Shown in pieces: positions 1 to 13,435 of a stretch of 64,000 nucleotides of DNA. Numbering within the stretch: the stretch's first letter is position 1; each line of letters opens with the position of its first letter. The stretch is taken from contig OZ024744.1 of the NCBI GenBank assembly GCA_964016885.1, forward strand, positions 49,910,001-49,974,000, given 5' to 3'. A model generated the notes under the pieces. The model made no database searches and was not told the DNA's origin. It was given only the letters and a program-made list of their open reading frames with translations. Position numbers and translations under genes: made by a program. The DNA is from Eledone cirrhosa. Its lineage: Eukaryota.

Positions 1-610
1 CTCTATTGTCTCATCAATCAATCTCTTAGCCAGTAAAATGCGTACCCCAACTAATCCATCATCATTACCTACCCAGAAAAGCTTATAACTAAGATGTTTG
101 CCTGCAATTAGTCTTGCAGAGGCACCTCTCCATCTCACCTCTTGCACGCATCCTCATGTCTTCTCTCTAGAATCTCAACTATCTCACAGATCTACCTGTT
201 AGAATGCCAGCATTAAGTGTGGCTACTCTGAGATTCAACACCTCCATATTCTTGTTCTTGTTGTGCGATTGATTGATGACGGTCAGGGGGTTCTCGCACA
301 TAGCTTCAGCAGCCACCCCACTACCGTGCGCAGCTCTAACATGGTTAGTGTTATTGCTGTTTACACAGTTATTGCAATACTTATTTGTTGTGCTCATAAC
401 TTTGGTATTAATATATACTAGTTGGATGCCCTTCCTAACACCAGCACCACTTTACAGCATGGAATGGGTGCTTTTATTCATGCCACCAACACTAGGGAAG
501 TTGTCTTACTGGACTTAGGGGACTTCTTCACCCTGCACCAATTTATTCGAAGTGGTAGCTCTCCTAGATGGGTTGCCTGCTCTACGGTTTAAGGAGCCTT
601 CGTCTGCTCT
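1..610 (-). mobile_element. 5' part of an RTE-clade LINE (5' UTR plus start of APE endonuclease), degenerate, runs off the window edge
   Basis: Minus-strand LRVATLNAGILTGRS matches the APE N-terminal motif of RTE ORF2. Upstream sequence has GGCAACCCATCTAGGAGAG, similar to the RTE-like 5' UTR motif in the bipartite elements of this window. Confidence 0.6.
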
Positions 611-996
611 TGGTTTAACGTACTGTGTGCATGAGTGGTTAGCGTACAGCGCCAGGCATGTATACTGGAAGGTGATAGATGTAGGGTGGGTGGGACGAGA
701 AATGGAGATTTCTAGGCTATCATAAACACAAACCCAGCTATTCAATATGAGCGATTTTCCATTACGAATATATATACCCACATACACACAAACGTACACA
801 ACAGCTATAGGAATATAAACATACTCATTAGTACATATATTTATATATATGTAAACATCAAAAGGGGGAACAATGCCACTTATCTTATCTGCTTCCGTAT
901 TCAGACTAATGTAAAATTTTAAAAGATTTCTCATGTTTGATTGTGTTGCTATTCTATATGAGCGATTTATATATACCCACATACAAACGTACATAT

Positions 997-1095
<99 letters not shown>

Positions 1096-1198
1096 TACAC
1101 ACATATATACATACATATATATATATACACACACATATTGTCCCACCATTGCAAGCAGGGAAAAGCGGACGTAAAATGAGGATGATTATGATGATGAT

Positions 1199-1240
<42 letters not shown>

Positions 1241-1244
1241 CATA

Positions 1245-1947
1245 TGTAGATGTACAGGGAAATTAGACAGTAGAAGTCGCACTGATAGGGACATTTTTCA
1301 AATGCAAGAGGGCGCTATAGAAGTGGTGGATAGCTTCCGGTACCTAGGAGATCAGATTAGCATGGGAGGAGGGTGTTCCGAGGCCATAGTATCTAGAATA
1401 AGGACGGGTTGGAAGAAGTTTAGGGAGCTGCTTCCTCTGTTGACGAAGAAGGGTTTCTCCCTGCGTACGAAAGGCCGGTTGTATGATGCCTGTGTGAGGA
1501 GCGCGATGCTGCATGGTAGTGAGACATGGGCAGCAACCGCAGAGGATATGCGACGGCTGGAGAGAAATGAGGCAAGCATGCTCCGTTGGATGTGCAGTGT
1601 AAATGTGCGTGAACGACCCAGCATAAATGTGTTGAGAGAGAAACTGTGTCTGAGAGGGATAGAATGTAGTGTACGGGAGAGGAGACTGAGGTGGTATGGA
1701 CATGTGATGCGCATGGAGGATGACCGATGGGCGAAGAAGTGCCAGGAATTGCCAGTTGAAGGAAGACGTGGTAGAAGTAGACCACGAAAAACATGGGCCG
1801 AGGTGGTGAGAACAGACCTCAGATCATTGAAGCTCACGGTGGAGATGACGAGGGACCGTGACGAGTGGAGAGATGCTGTGCTGAATAAGACCCGTCTCAC
1901 CCTTGCAAGCAGGGAAAAGCGGACGTAAAATGATGATGATGATGATG
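1245..1947 (+). mobile_element. 5'-truncated RTE LINE (3' end of ORF2, stem-loop tail, (ATG)n)
   Basis: VDSFRYLGD...GWKKFREL...AMLHGSETW...[10 protein letters not shown]...GRPRKTW; ends in CCTTGCAAGCAGGGAAAAGCGGACGTAAAA(TGA)n. Confidence 0.9.
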
Positions 1948-2039
1948 ATATATATATATACATACATATATAAATATACCTACATACATACATATATATA
2001 CATACATATATACATACATACATATATATATATATACAT

Positions 2040-2326
2040 ATGGTGGCTGCCAACTCGTTTTCGAGTATGGCCACTACTTTATATCCATGTAGGAGAACCC
2101 CTACAGATGCACTGAACGTGTGTGACATTTTAGTCCAGCGAGCGACTTGAAAACTCTGGTACAAACACTACACTTGTGGCAATTATTGACACATAGTGCT
2201 GGGCCCATGTGGTACCATGTGACGACAAGTGCAGAGAGACCTCCAGATATAAAGCAATGCCTGTGCCGTGAAGCTATTATAGTGAGCAAAGCACTGCACA
2301 AAACCAGTCCCACTCTCTTAACCAAT
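2040..2326 (-). mobile_element. 3' part of bipartite non-autonomous RTE-derived element
   Basis: Near-identical to 36633-36915 and 62646-62925; encodes a remnant C2H2-like end, CSVCTRVFKSLAGLKCHTRS. Confidence 0.8.
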
Positions 2327-2438
2327 ACATAAATACATATATGATGGCTGCCCCCTCGTTATCGAGTATGGCCATTGCACAAGGAGAAAAAAAAAAAATT
2401 AATAGATAAATAAAAAATAAAATAAAATAAAAAAAAAG

Positions 2439-2502
<64 letters not shown>

Positions 2503-2659
2503 ATATACATATACACACACACATATATATATACATACACACATATACATTAATAACAATAAAAATAATAATAATAACAACAATAATAATATACATATAC
2601 ATATATATATACACACACACGCGCACACATAAACATATCTATACACACACACACACGAT

Positions 2660-5600
2660 AGTAACTAACAGCGCTGCGATCGAATGTGGCTTTTTAGCCC
2701 AGCCAATGATCTAAAATGTCTTGCACAGAGTCGGCAACCAAAACATTCACTGGGAATAGCCGGCTGTGGTTGGTGTTCATCTACTTTTGCATGTCGCTTG
2801 AGCCCTCCTGCTGATGTTAGCGTCTTTCAAAGAGGCTTTCAAGGAATCCTTATACCTCTTTTTTGGTTTATGTGGCGGTCGTTTTCCTTTAACCAACTCT
2901 CCATAAAAGAGTTGTTTTGGTATTCTAGAATCCTTCATCCTGGCAAGGTGACCACTCCAACGGAGTCGTTGCTTAAGCACAAGACCTTCTATACTGTCAC
3001 ATATAGGGCTTTCCAAAATCTCGACATCACTGATGTGGTCCCTCCAATGAACGCCATGGATCCGTTTGAGACACATCTGATGGAAACGCTCCAATTGCTT
3101 AAGGTGGTGTCGATATGTGACCCAGGTCTCGCAGGCATAAAGAAGACAAGAGAGTACACATGCCCTGTACACCTTTACCTTTGTCCTCCTGCATATGTCT
3201 CGCCGACCCCAGAGTCGCCTTTCTAGCTTTCCGAAAGCATCACTTGCTTTCCTAATCCTGAGTGAAATTTCACTGTCAAGGTTGCTGTATCGAGTGACAG
3301 TGCTTCCCAGGTAGACAAACTGATCAACCACTCCAAGTCGTTTGCCATACACATAGATATTTGGTTCAGTGTACTGCTTACCAGGGGTAGGTTGGTACAT
3401 GACGATGGTTTTCTTGAGACTGACAGTCAATCCTAGGGCAGTGCAAGCGTCAGAAAATGCATTCAAAATGTGCTGCATATCACTCTCTGTGTGTGCTACA
3501 AGATCTCAATCATCTGCATACAAGAGGTCTCTTATGATTGATGTAAATACTCTTGTCTTTGCAACAAAGCGCCTAATGTTAAATATGCTGCCTGAGGTTC
3601 GATATCGGATGTAAACACCATGCTCGCAATTCCTGAATGCAATACAGAAAACCATTGCAAAGTATATGGCAAACAGGGTCGGTGCTGGAATATCCCCCTG
3701 TTTCACTCCATTTTTTTACTGAGATAGGGTCCGACATGTTACCTCCGACATTAACCCAAGCCTTCATGTCGTTATGGAAAGACCTAACTAAAGCAAGGAA
3801 CTTATCACGGCAACCAAGTTTCTGGAGAACCTTCCATAATGCATCTCTGTTAACAGTATCGAAAGCTTTTGTCAGATCGACAAAAACCTGATATAGATCC
3901 AAACCTTGTTCCATGTACTTCTCCTGGAGCTGTCTAGCTGAGAAGATCATATCAGTAGTGCCACGTCCAGCACGAAAACCAGATTGACTTTCAGATAGAA
4001 CACAATCTGCAATGTGTGTCAGCAGACGGTCCAGAAGCACCCTACATAAAACTTTCCCTACGACAGAAAGCAATGATATACCTCTGTAGTTCCCACAATC
4101 ATTCCTGTTACCCTTTCCCTTGTACAAGACCACCATTATTGCATCTCTCCAGTCCTCAGGTACGGATTCATTAGCCCATATCCTGCCAAACAAAGAGTGA
4201 AGATGTTGCAGGAGTCTCTCACCACCATATTGTAGGAGCTCAGCATGTATGCCATCCATACCTGAAGATCTTCCACTGTTCAGCTTCAAGATAGCCACTG
4301 CAACCTCCACAAGCGTCGGAGGTTCTGCGAGAGCTACTTTCACAGGACTTTCTGGAATGAGATTGAGGAAATCTTCACTGACGACAGACGGTTGATTCAA
4401 AAGATCATCAAAGTGCTCTCGCCACCTTCGTAGAATTCCTTGTGAGTCACGAAGAAGTTCTTTGCCATCCTTGCTGCGAAGCGATATCACCAGTGAAGAA
4501 GACGGTCCATAAACCTCACACAAGAGACTGTACAACAGCTTTGTGTTATTGGAATCTGACGCAGTTTGTATCTAATCAGCCTTCTCAATCCACTGATCCT
4601 TCATCTGAGAAAGACTCCGCCTAACACGTGATTTTACATCCTTGAGTTCCTCATGCAACGTATTCCTCTCCTGTGGTTTTGCCGTTAAGTAGCGTGACAG
4701 AGCACGCCTCTTATCAGCCAACAAGTCTTCTATATCTACATCATTCTCATTAAACCAGTCCTGATGTTTTTTCTGCACCAATCCCAGAACACGCCTACCT
4801 ACATCATAAACCGACTTTTTAAGGGTCGACCAATCCTCACCAAGATTTGCAGCCTGCATCTCTTCTTCCAATGTCCACTTTACATTTTTATCCTTAAGAC
4901 GAGCAGCATTCAATCTTTTGGGCAGGGCAACACCAGGAGCCCGGATTTTACGTTTAGTGATTAGTTTCACTTTTGCGCGTACCAGACGGTGGTCCGTCCA
5001 GCACTCAGCTCCACGAAGAGCACGAACACACTGCACATCCTGTCTGTCACGCATCCTAACTAGGACATAGTCCAAAAGATGCCATTCCTTAGATGCAGGA
5101 TGCATCCATCTGCGGCAGGAGAATACCATTGTTGTTACATTTTCCCACCCCATGCCTTCCGATTACATTCCATGTGTTAAAATCCCTACCCACTCTAGCA
5201 TTAAAGTCACCAAGCACGATGACCTTGTCTGCCTGAGGGATATTTCTTAAAACCTTTCATGGTAGAAAGACACTTTTTCTTCATCAACAGAATTTATAGT
5301 TGGAGCATACACACTCACCAGGGTCGCATATCTTCCTTTGTCCAGCGGAATTCTCATGGACATAAGACGCTCACTAATCCCTACTGGGAATTCTTCTAAT
5401 TTATTCACAAGAACAGTCTTAACAGCAAATCCTACCCCAGACTCTCTTCTGGTTCCTTCATATCTTCCTTTCCAGAAGAATGTATATTCTCCACAAAATT
5501 CTGTAAGATAACCATCTCCAGCTAACCTCATCTCAGATAAAGCCACGATGTCAAGATCGTAACGTCGAAGCTCCTTTGCAACAAGAGCGGTCCTTCGTTC

Positions 5601-5660
5601 AGGATGCTCCAAGGAATCCCTGTCAAGCAGTGTCCCTACGTTCCAGCAGCCAAGACTAAA
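2660..5660 (-). mobile_element. RTE (BovB-like) LINE, APE+RT ORF2 broken by frameshifts and stops
   Basis: APE (DIVALSE, YAPT, WHLLDYVLVR, WTDHRLV), RT (GNYRGISLL, QSGFRAGRGTTDM, FVDLTKAFD, LLYADD, FVYLGS) and a 3' [17 protein letters not shown] zinc finger. Confidence 0.93.
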
Positions 5661-6133
5661 TGCCTTGTTTTGCTCTATTACAATGGCACAATGATGAGCG
5701 GGCTCAGGCTGTGATAACCTGGGGCCCCTGCCCTTATTGCCAATTATCTTTTTTGTTCCAGAACCTAAATTGCCAATTATCTCTTTTATTATTATTGTTC
5801 TGGAACATCATTGAATTTGGAAAAAAAAAGTAATAATAATAATAGTAACAATAATAATAATAATAATAATAATAATGCCTTCATAATAATGTTTTCTTTA
5901 TTAACCACAAGGGTTCACATAAAGTAGACATTAAGGACAGTACAGGACAATACAGGACGGTACAAATGGGCATTTCTGCGTGTAAAAAAACAGAGGTTGA
6001 AATAAAATAACAAAGAAAAATTCCCCAATAGGGGGGAGACTTCCAAGGGACATTTGTGGAGAAAGCCCATTAAAAGACCACAGTGGCCCTGACCACCAGG
6101 GCAAGTGCCCTCTCCCAGTTTTCCACCTTTAAT

Positions 6134-9100
6134 TTACAGACACATACTCAGAGAAGGCCCATTCATTCGGGCCATACTTGCTTCTCTCACCCATCTTTCA
6201 ACAAAATGCTGGGAAGAGAGCACTTCCCTCTCTACCCTGATTTTCCTTTTCAAATGAAATTTGAAAAAGTTAATCAGGGCATCACCGAAGAGGTAAGTGC
6301 TCGTCTTCAGCCCTTTCAAACGTGTCCACCATACTATCTCTTTCGCCATGGCCACCAGACAGATAAAAACTGCCTGCCCTTCCAGGCTAAAGGAAGGGGG
6401 CGGGGCAATCCTCACGATGGACTCAGCTGATAGCCGGATAGGTCCTACACGTGACAGCAGGTGTTCGACATAAACCCACAAGTCAGCAATGCTCGGACAC
6501 TGGACGAGTGCGTGCAGGACGGTTTCGTCGCCCTGCGCGCATCTCGGACATGCCCGGCTGACGGCACCTCCATGCCTGTAGAGTTTATCCTGAACTGGCA
6601 AAGCTCCTCGGTAGCACTGCCAGGCCAGGGATTTCTGGAAGTTGTCCATAGGCCCCGGCCCGAAAGTCCTTCCGAAGAGATTGGCCAGTTGATTTTCGTC
6701 GACGCCTAGAGTTTCTCCAAGTACGTCGTCGCTCTTCCCCTCCACTAATCCCCTATAGAACGCCAAGGTGGAGTTTCCACCGATCACATTGCCCGATTGG
6801 TCGAGGGCTGTGAGCGCCTGAAGACATTCCAGTCTCCAAGCGCTCCCTCTCGGTCTTCGCTTGACCCAGGACTGCAGCTCCGTCAAGGAGACGAGCTGGG
6901 GAAAAACGTGTCTTGCAAACGGCGACCACACCTGATCACCGTCGAGGAAGAGGTGGAGATGTCGTAGCCTGAACGCGTGTCTGCGCATCATCAGCCACGG
7001 CATGCCCAGCCCTCCACGTAGCGGGTGTTGACAGCAGATGGACCGCCTGACCATCGGAGCGCGTCCCTTCCACAAGAAGCGAAAGAGCAAACGCTCCAGC
7101 GCAGTCAGGCGGGGCTTAGGACAAGGTACGACGGTCAGGCGGTAGTAGATGACGGATGCGATGTACGCATTCGCCACCTCCGCTCGACCTTTCAGGGATA
7201 GCTTCCTCTCGGCCCATTTCTGGGTGAGAGAAGCCACCCTGCTCGTCACCTCGTCCCAGTTTTTGTCCGTCTGGAGGTCTGGACCGAACCAGACCCCTAG
7301 CAATTTAACCGGTCCGTCCGTCCAGCGCCCGACGACGCTGTTGGACGGCATGGACCTGCCTCTCCAGGTGCCGAGCTGCAGGCCCACTGACTTTTCCTGG
7401 TTGATCATTGCTCCTGTCACCGCTTCGTATTCTCTTAGTGTAGTGCCGATCGCCTCGATGTGTTTGGCGTTCGACACCACTACGGTGACATCGTCGGCAT
7501 ATGCTGACACGGATCTTCCGCATCCTAGTTCGCGCGGGACCCCCCTCAACGTCTCCAGTTTGTGCAGTAATGGCTCGAGAGTCAATACGTACAATAGGGA
7601 CGAGAGGGGACATCCTTGGCGGACCGAGCGCATGATGTTGAACGGTTCCGAAAGGTGACCGTCACTCTCACTACAGAGCAGATGTCGCTGTGCATGGCAG
7701 CGATCCAGCCTCTGAAGACGGGCCCAAAGCCAGCCGCCCTCAGGACTACCGCTAGGTAACGATGGTCGACCCTATCGAAGGCTTTCGACTGATCTAAATT
7801 GATCAAAGACCCACCCGTGCCAGGTTCCCTAGCTACCCTCTCTACGATGTATCGCATGAGGTGGAGGTTGTCGTGGATGGATCTGTCGGGAATTGCGCAT
7901 GTCTGTGCCTCTCCTACCAGACCACCAACGACAAGCGCCAACCTCTTTGCTAGCACCTTGGCCAAAATCTTGAACTCTGTGTTTAGCAGAGTTATGGGCC
8001 TAAAATTATCTATGTTATCCCCCTTGTTCGGATCCTTTCTCAGCAGCGCCACCGCTCCTCGGCTCACAGAGCTGGGAATTCTGTTGCAGTAGACGTCCGC
8101 CAAGAGGCCTCCGAACAAGTTTGGCATTTGTACGTAAAGTTCATAGGGCAGACCATCCAAACCAGGCGATTTACCCCTTGTGCAACTAGTCATTGCATCC
8201 CGTACTTCAGCGGTTGTTATCGGCTTTTCGCAACACTCCGCCTCAGTGGCCGAAAGCCGCGGCAATCTGTCGAGGTAGACACTAAAGTCCATCCCTCGAT
8301 CCGGCCCGCCACTGCCCCCGAACAGTTGAGCGAAGTGTCGCTGAAAAGCTTCACACATTTGCCCGGGATCGAGTAGCATGCGCCCGTCGTGGTCCACCAA
8401 AGACCGGATCGTGGCTTTGTTGCCACGACGCGCCTCCGCCACTCGGGCCCATTGAACGGCTTTCGTCCCCTCGTGTCTGAGAGCACGCACCCTAGCTCTG
8501 ACAACGCAGCCTTCGTGCTTTGCATTGAAGAATTGGTCAAGGGCCAATTTCGCCGCAAGTACGTCGGTCGCGATGCCTTTGCTAAGCGCCTCATCTAATT
8601 TTCTAACTAATTCTCCCTCTGCTCTATTTTTCTCTATTGCTAAAGTCTTACTAAACCTAATGGACTCTATTCTAATTGCTCTTTACAGAGCAAACCACCA
8701 CTTGTTGTTGACGATGGCCCCCGTCAACGCCCGCTTAACTAGTTCGCTAATCCGGTCTCTGTAGGCCTTGCGCGCTGGTAAGGACGCGTTTAGCTTCCAG
8801 TAGCCGGGTCCTTGTCTATGAAGCCTATCTAAGTCAAGCACACAGATCACAAATTTGTGGTCCGTGTAGCTGACTATCTTGAATTGTGGACAGCCTATGC
8901 TAGACCTATCTATTTCCCTACAAAATACTCTATCTAGATATGATCTGGATGACCCTATGCGATTTGTCCAAGTCCACATTGGTACATTCGGGAAATCCAT
9001 TCGGTACCTGTCAGACAGTTCAAAACGTCTGAGCAGGTTGGTGAGACTCTTGCACCCTCCTTCCCTATCCACTAATCCCACACAATCCCAGCGTGCATCT

Positions 9101-9537
9101 AAGATCCCGTTCCAGTCGCCCACTAACACTAAAGAGCGGGACGTTCCAAGAAAAGTCTCCAGACGCCGGAAGAAATCAGGCCGCCCTGCTCCTGTCGGGG
9201 CATAAACGGCCACTAACCTGAAAGCTTGCCCGTCTCCGCTGGTCACGTCCAGCACCACCAACTTACCTTCTGGGTCCAGGAAGATGGCCCGTATGGCAAG
9301 ATCCAAACCTCTCCGAAAAAGCACAGCAACTCCTCCCCCCGATCGCGGACGGCTGGGAGATGCGTACACATCGTAGCCGCCGAAGATCGGTGCGAAAGCC
9401 TGTGCTTCGGAGATTCTGGTCTCGCTGATGGCCACTACATCTATGTTTAGTGACCTGAGGTCGTTGAGCAGGTGGCTCTGCTTCCATGACGACCCCAAGC
9501 CACGCGCATTTATGCTGCCTATTCTGAGTGAGGTCAT
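6134..9537 (-). pseudogene. Tx1-like ORF2: APE endonuclease, reverse transcriptase, C-terminal CCHC
   Basis: SINARGL/ISET/GDWN/SYLDR/TDHK (APE); KSPGLDGLP, FRPITLLN, DQSKAFDRV, RQGCPLS, AYADD (RT); CPRCAQGDETVLHALVQC. Confidence 0.92.
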
Positions 9538-9571
9538 GTTGAAAAGGAGTGGAAAAGATGGGAAAGACCAC

Positions 9572-11498
9572 TTACCTTACTTCTCGTAGGGGAAGGACGG
9601 TTTTTCCATCCTTTTCACTGCTTGTGGCCTCCTCAGGAAGGATGTCCTTATAAATCCTCCTGGAGAGTGCTTGTCGGAAGTCTCCGATGTCTTTGGGGAA
9701 TTTTTGTTTTAGTGTCATGTACGTTTTCTGTGTGATGCGAGTGATTTGTATGTGTGGAGGTGGTGTGAATTTTTGGGTTGTTGTGTAGTCTTTTTCTGTG
9801 ATGCTGGTGTTGTGTTGGATGTAGTGTAATAATTGCTTGTTGTTCAAATTTAATGCTGTGTAGTGTGTATCGTTTTGGTTGTTTTGTTTTGTTTGCGTTT
9901 GTTGTGGGTTTGTTTCTGTTTCGCATTTTGGTGACTTTTGTGGTGTAGGTGATGGTGGTGTTGGAGTTAATGATGGTGATGGTGTTGGTGTTTGGGTTGA
10001 TGGGGTTGGTGATGCTGGTGTGGATGGTGGCATATCTGTCCTAACTTTTTTGTTTCTTAGTTTATTTGTTTCCCTCAGTATTTTGTTTTTGGAGGGGGAA
10101 GGAAGAGAATTTTTTCTTTTTTGGTTTCTTTTTTTTTTGCGGATATCGTTTCCCACTCCTCGTCGTCACAATCTGTCTCCAGTTGTGATAGGCCGGGGAG
10201 TGGAAAATCCTCCACAGCCGTTAGTTTTGGTTGTGGTGTGGTGGATGGTGTAGGCGCTGGTGCTAGTTCTGAAGCGTTGGGTGGTGGTGGTGTTGGTTTT
10301 GCTGGTGGTGGTGGTGGTGTTGGTTTTGCTACTGTTGCTGGGGTTGTTGCTGTTATAGTTGCTTCTGTTGTTGCTGCTACAGTTGTTGCTGCCATCTCTG
10401 CTACTGGTGGTGTTGATGGTTGTGTCACTGGGGTGGGTAGGAGAGGTGGCCTCAACCTTTTAGCCTGAGGGCAGAAAGCCCTTAGGTGGGTTCCTTCACC
10501 ACAAACGACACACCTAGGTCTTCTGCCCTCGACAATTACCGTGAGGTGGCTGCCGTCAGTGAGGTCTATTACTTCTGGGATCTCCTCAATGCTTTTTTGG
10601 TCCGCTTGGATTAGGAGCTCCATCCCAGATCCGTACCAGTTTTCCTGCTTTTCTTTTGCTATTGCTATTATTTTCGTGTTGGCTTCGATGCCGGCGAGGA
10701 CAGCCGCTATTAGCCGGGAATTTCGATGGTCGGTGGAACGTGGGTCACCCTGATCTTTACGAGCCTCTGGCCACAATAGCTTGGGACGAGTGTGAAGTCG
10801 TCACTTTTTAATGGGGCCATGGAGTGTTCTCTAGCCTCCTCTGGTGTTTCAAAGAACACATCCACGGTTCCATACTTTTGCCCACGTCTGATGTGGGTTT
10901 TTCTTGCCCACACATGTCCCAAAGCTTTTTGGATTTGGGACTCGGATGCCCGTTCCACTCGGCGCAATTTTACATTTATTGTTCTATACGACACGGTGCT
11001 TAGGCGCCGATGCTCCATTTTATTAGGTAGGAGGGGGGGGGGAGGGTGGAGGCTGACCCTGTACCCATCATTCTTTACCATTTGTTTGGCATTTTCTAAA
11101 TCCTCTTGAGTTACCGTGAACGCTTCGAATTGTTTTGCCACAATGGCGAAACTGAGGGTCGGTTTTATAATGTCATTGTTGTTGTTGTTGCTATCGTTAT
11201 TTGTGTTAATATTAATTTTAGTTTCAGTTGTGGTGGTGGTGACGTCAGTCGTCTTTGGTGCGGAAGAGTCCATTTTGCTTAATTTCATTTCGACATCACG
11301 AGTTAATTTATTTTTTTCTTCTTTTGTTTCTGTTGTCGCGATGGTGATGGGGGTGGTGGTTGTCGCGGTGGTGGTGGTGGTGGAGGCTTTAACACCTGCA
11401 GTCATTGGTAATGGCGGGAAATGAATGTCTGCCTGAGACAAATTTAAAATATTGCTACTGCTTATATTTTTTTTTTGTGTTGGCAAACGTAGTAACAT
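9572..11498 (-). pseudogene. Tx1-like ORF1 (gag-like) with CCHC zinc knuckle and Pro/Thr-rich tail, split across three frames
   Basis: CVVCGEGTHLRAFC knuckle in ORF 10075-10776; sits directly upstream of the APE ORF. Confidence 0.75.
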
Positions 11499-11786
11499 TT
11501 ACAATGGTGGTGTCGGTGTGAGGTGTTATTTTGTGAGGAAGGCTTTCAGCTGCTTCGTGCAGAGGGGAATTAGCCATTTTTTTTTCAAAGAAATTTTTGG
11601 ATAATAATAAAAGTTAAAATTTTGGGCACAAGGCCCCAATCTTTTTGGGTGTCCTTTTCGGAAAACAACGTATGTGTGCTTATAAACAGTTAACAATAAA
11701 ATTTTCCATAAATGGCAATTTTTAACAAACGGAAATAACAAACCTTTGCGGATCTCACGATGATACGATTTACTACGTAGGTCGCC

Positions 11787-11830
<44 letters not shown>

Positions 11831-11848
11831 TAATAATAATAATAATAG

Positions 11849-12662
11849 TACCTTCTTTGAGAAAACTGAATTCAGAGATCCACAGACATGGAACTGGTTG
11901 AAAAGAGGAGACCTTAAAAAGGCTACAGAAGGAATGTTAATGGCTGCGCAGGAGCAGGCCCTCAAAACGAAGTGGTTGAAACACCACATTTACAAGGAGG
12001 AGGCTAGCCCACTGTGCAGGATCTGTGGAGAGAGAGAGGAGACTGTGGCTCACATTGTATCCGAGTGTAAACACCTAGCCCAGACTAACTATAAGGGCTG
12101 GAGACATGATGTGATGGGCAGGATGATCCACTGGCACCTATGCAGAGTAAACAATTTACCACATTCTGAGAAGTGGTATGAGCATAAGCCAGAGGCGGTG
12201 ATAGAAAACGATCAGGTGAATGTGCTGTGGGATTTTAGGATACAGACGGACAAGAAACTGGAACACAATAGACCTGACCTGGTGGTTTTGGACAAAGAAA
12301 AAAGATCGTGCCTGATTGTGGATGTGGCCTGCCCATTCGACACGAGAGTGCAAGAGAAGGAGAGGGAGAAAATTAACCGATAACAGGACTTAAAGTGGGA
12401 GGTAAAAAGGATTTGGAACTACCATGAAGTCAAAGTGATCCCGATTGTCATAGGCGCACTAGGGACTATTTCAAAAAGTTTCCAGGGATGGTTAAAGAAA
12501 ATTGGCCCCTTCACGCTTTTTGGAACGCTTCAAAAGGCATGCTTGCTGGGAACAGCAAGAACCCTCCGATACGTCCTGAATATCTGAGGCTGCAGGTAGT
12601 GGCTTGATATTCATCTCAACAAACTTTCCAGTTAACTAACATCAATGACTGAGACTCAAAGA
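11849..12662 (+). mobile_element. 5'-truncated R4/Dong-like non-LTR element (CCHC + restriction-like endonuclease) within (TAA)n
   Basis: AAQEQAL, CRICGEREETVAHIVSEC, RHD, NRPDLVV, DVACPFD, IPIVIGALG; flanked by (TAA)n at 11788-11848 and 12663-12700. Confidence 0.88.
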
Positions 12663-12769
12663 GTAATAACAATAATAATAATAATAATAATAATAATACA
12701 CTATTAATAATTATTAATGCACTCGTGCAATGCCTGTGCGTGACGAATATTTTTTAAAGTGAGGAAAGA

Positions 12770-12955
12770 CTGTGCACTGAGCCAATCCCACTCTCTGAGC
12801 GACAGTAGCTATAACCCGAAAAGAAGAAAAGATCAACACAACCGGTAACTACTGAGCTGCAGGTTTTATGTCGGAGTTAACCCAGTTTCCTGAGATGCCT
12901 TCTCCTAGAAGAATACCCTGACAAGGGCTAGGGGTTCTTCACTCCCAGTGGTTTA
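12770..12955 (-). mobile_element. Diverged 5'-UTR-type fragment of the bipartite RTE family
   Basis: Aligns by eye with 36880-37045 (CTAGGAGAAGG motif, TGCACAAAGCCAGTCCCACTCTC-like segment). Confidence 0.55.
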
Positions 12956-13180
12956 AATGCACGATCGTGCATCCAGCCCGATTATTTCTATGTCTCCGTG
13001 CAAAAAAAAAAAAAACTCACTTATTGACACTTATACGTACGACATACACACACGCGCATACATACGCGCGCACACACGCATACATACGTGCGCACACAGC
13101 AACACTCATACATACATACATACATACATACATACATACATACATACATACATACATACATACATACATACATACATACA

Positions 13181-13378
13181 TGGTGGCTACCAACTCGTTT
13201 TCGAGTACGGCCACTACTTTATATCCATGTAGGAGAACCCCTACCGATGCGCTGAACGAGTGTGACTTTTTAGTCCAGCCAGTGATTTGAAAACACTACA
13301 CTTGTGACAATTATTGACACATAGTGCTGAGCCCATGGTACCATGTGACGACAAGTGCTGAGAGATCTCCAGATATAA
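13181..13378 (-). mobile_element. 3' fragment of bipartite RTE-derived element with (TATG)n tail
   Basis: Near-identical to 36633-36840. Confidence 0.8.
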
Positions 13379-13435
13379 TACATACATACATACATACATA
13401 CATACATACATACATACATACATACATACATACAT

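Larger units (their letters stand above)
5890..11787 (-). mobile_element. Near full-length L1/Tx1-clade LINE (ORF1+ORF2, frameshifted)
   Basis: ORF1 pieces 9572-11498 and ORF2 pieces 6134-9537 are in correct order; AATAAA near the 3' end; (ATT)n at both flanks. Confidence 0.9.
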
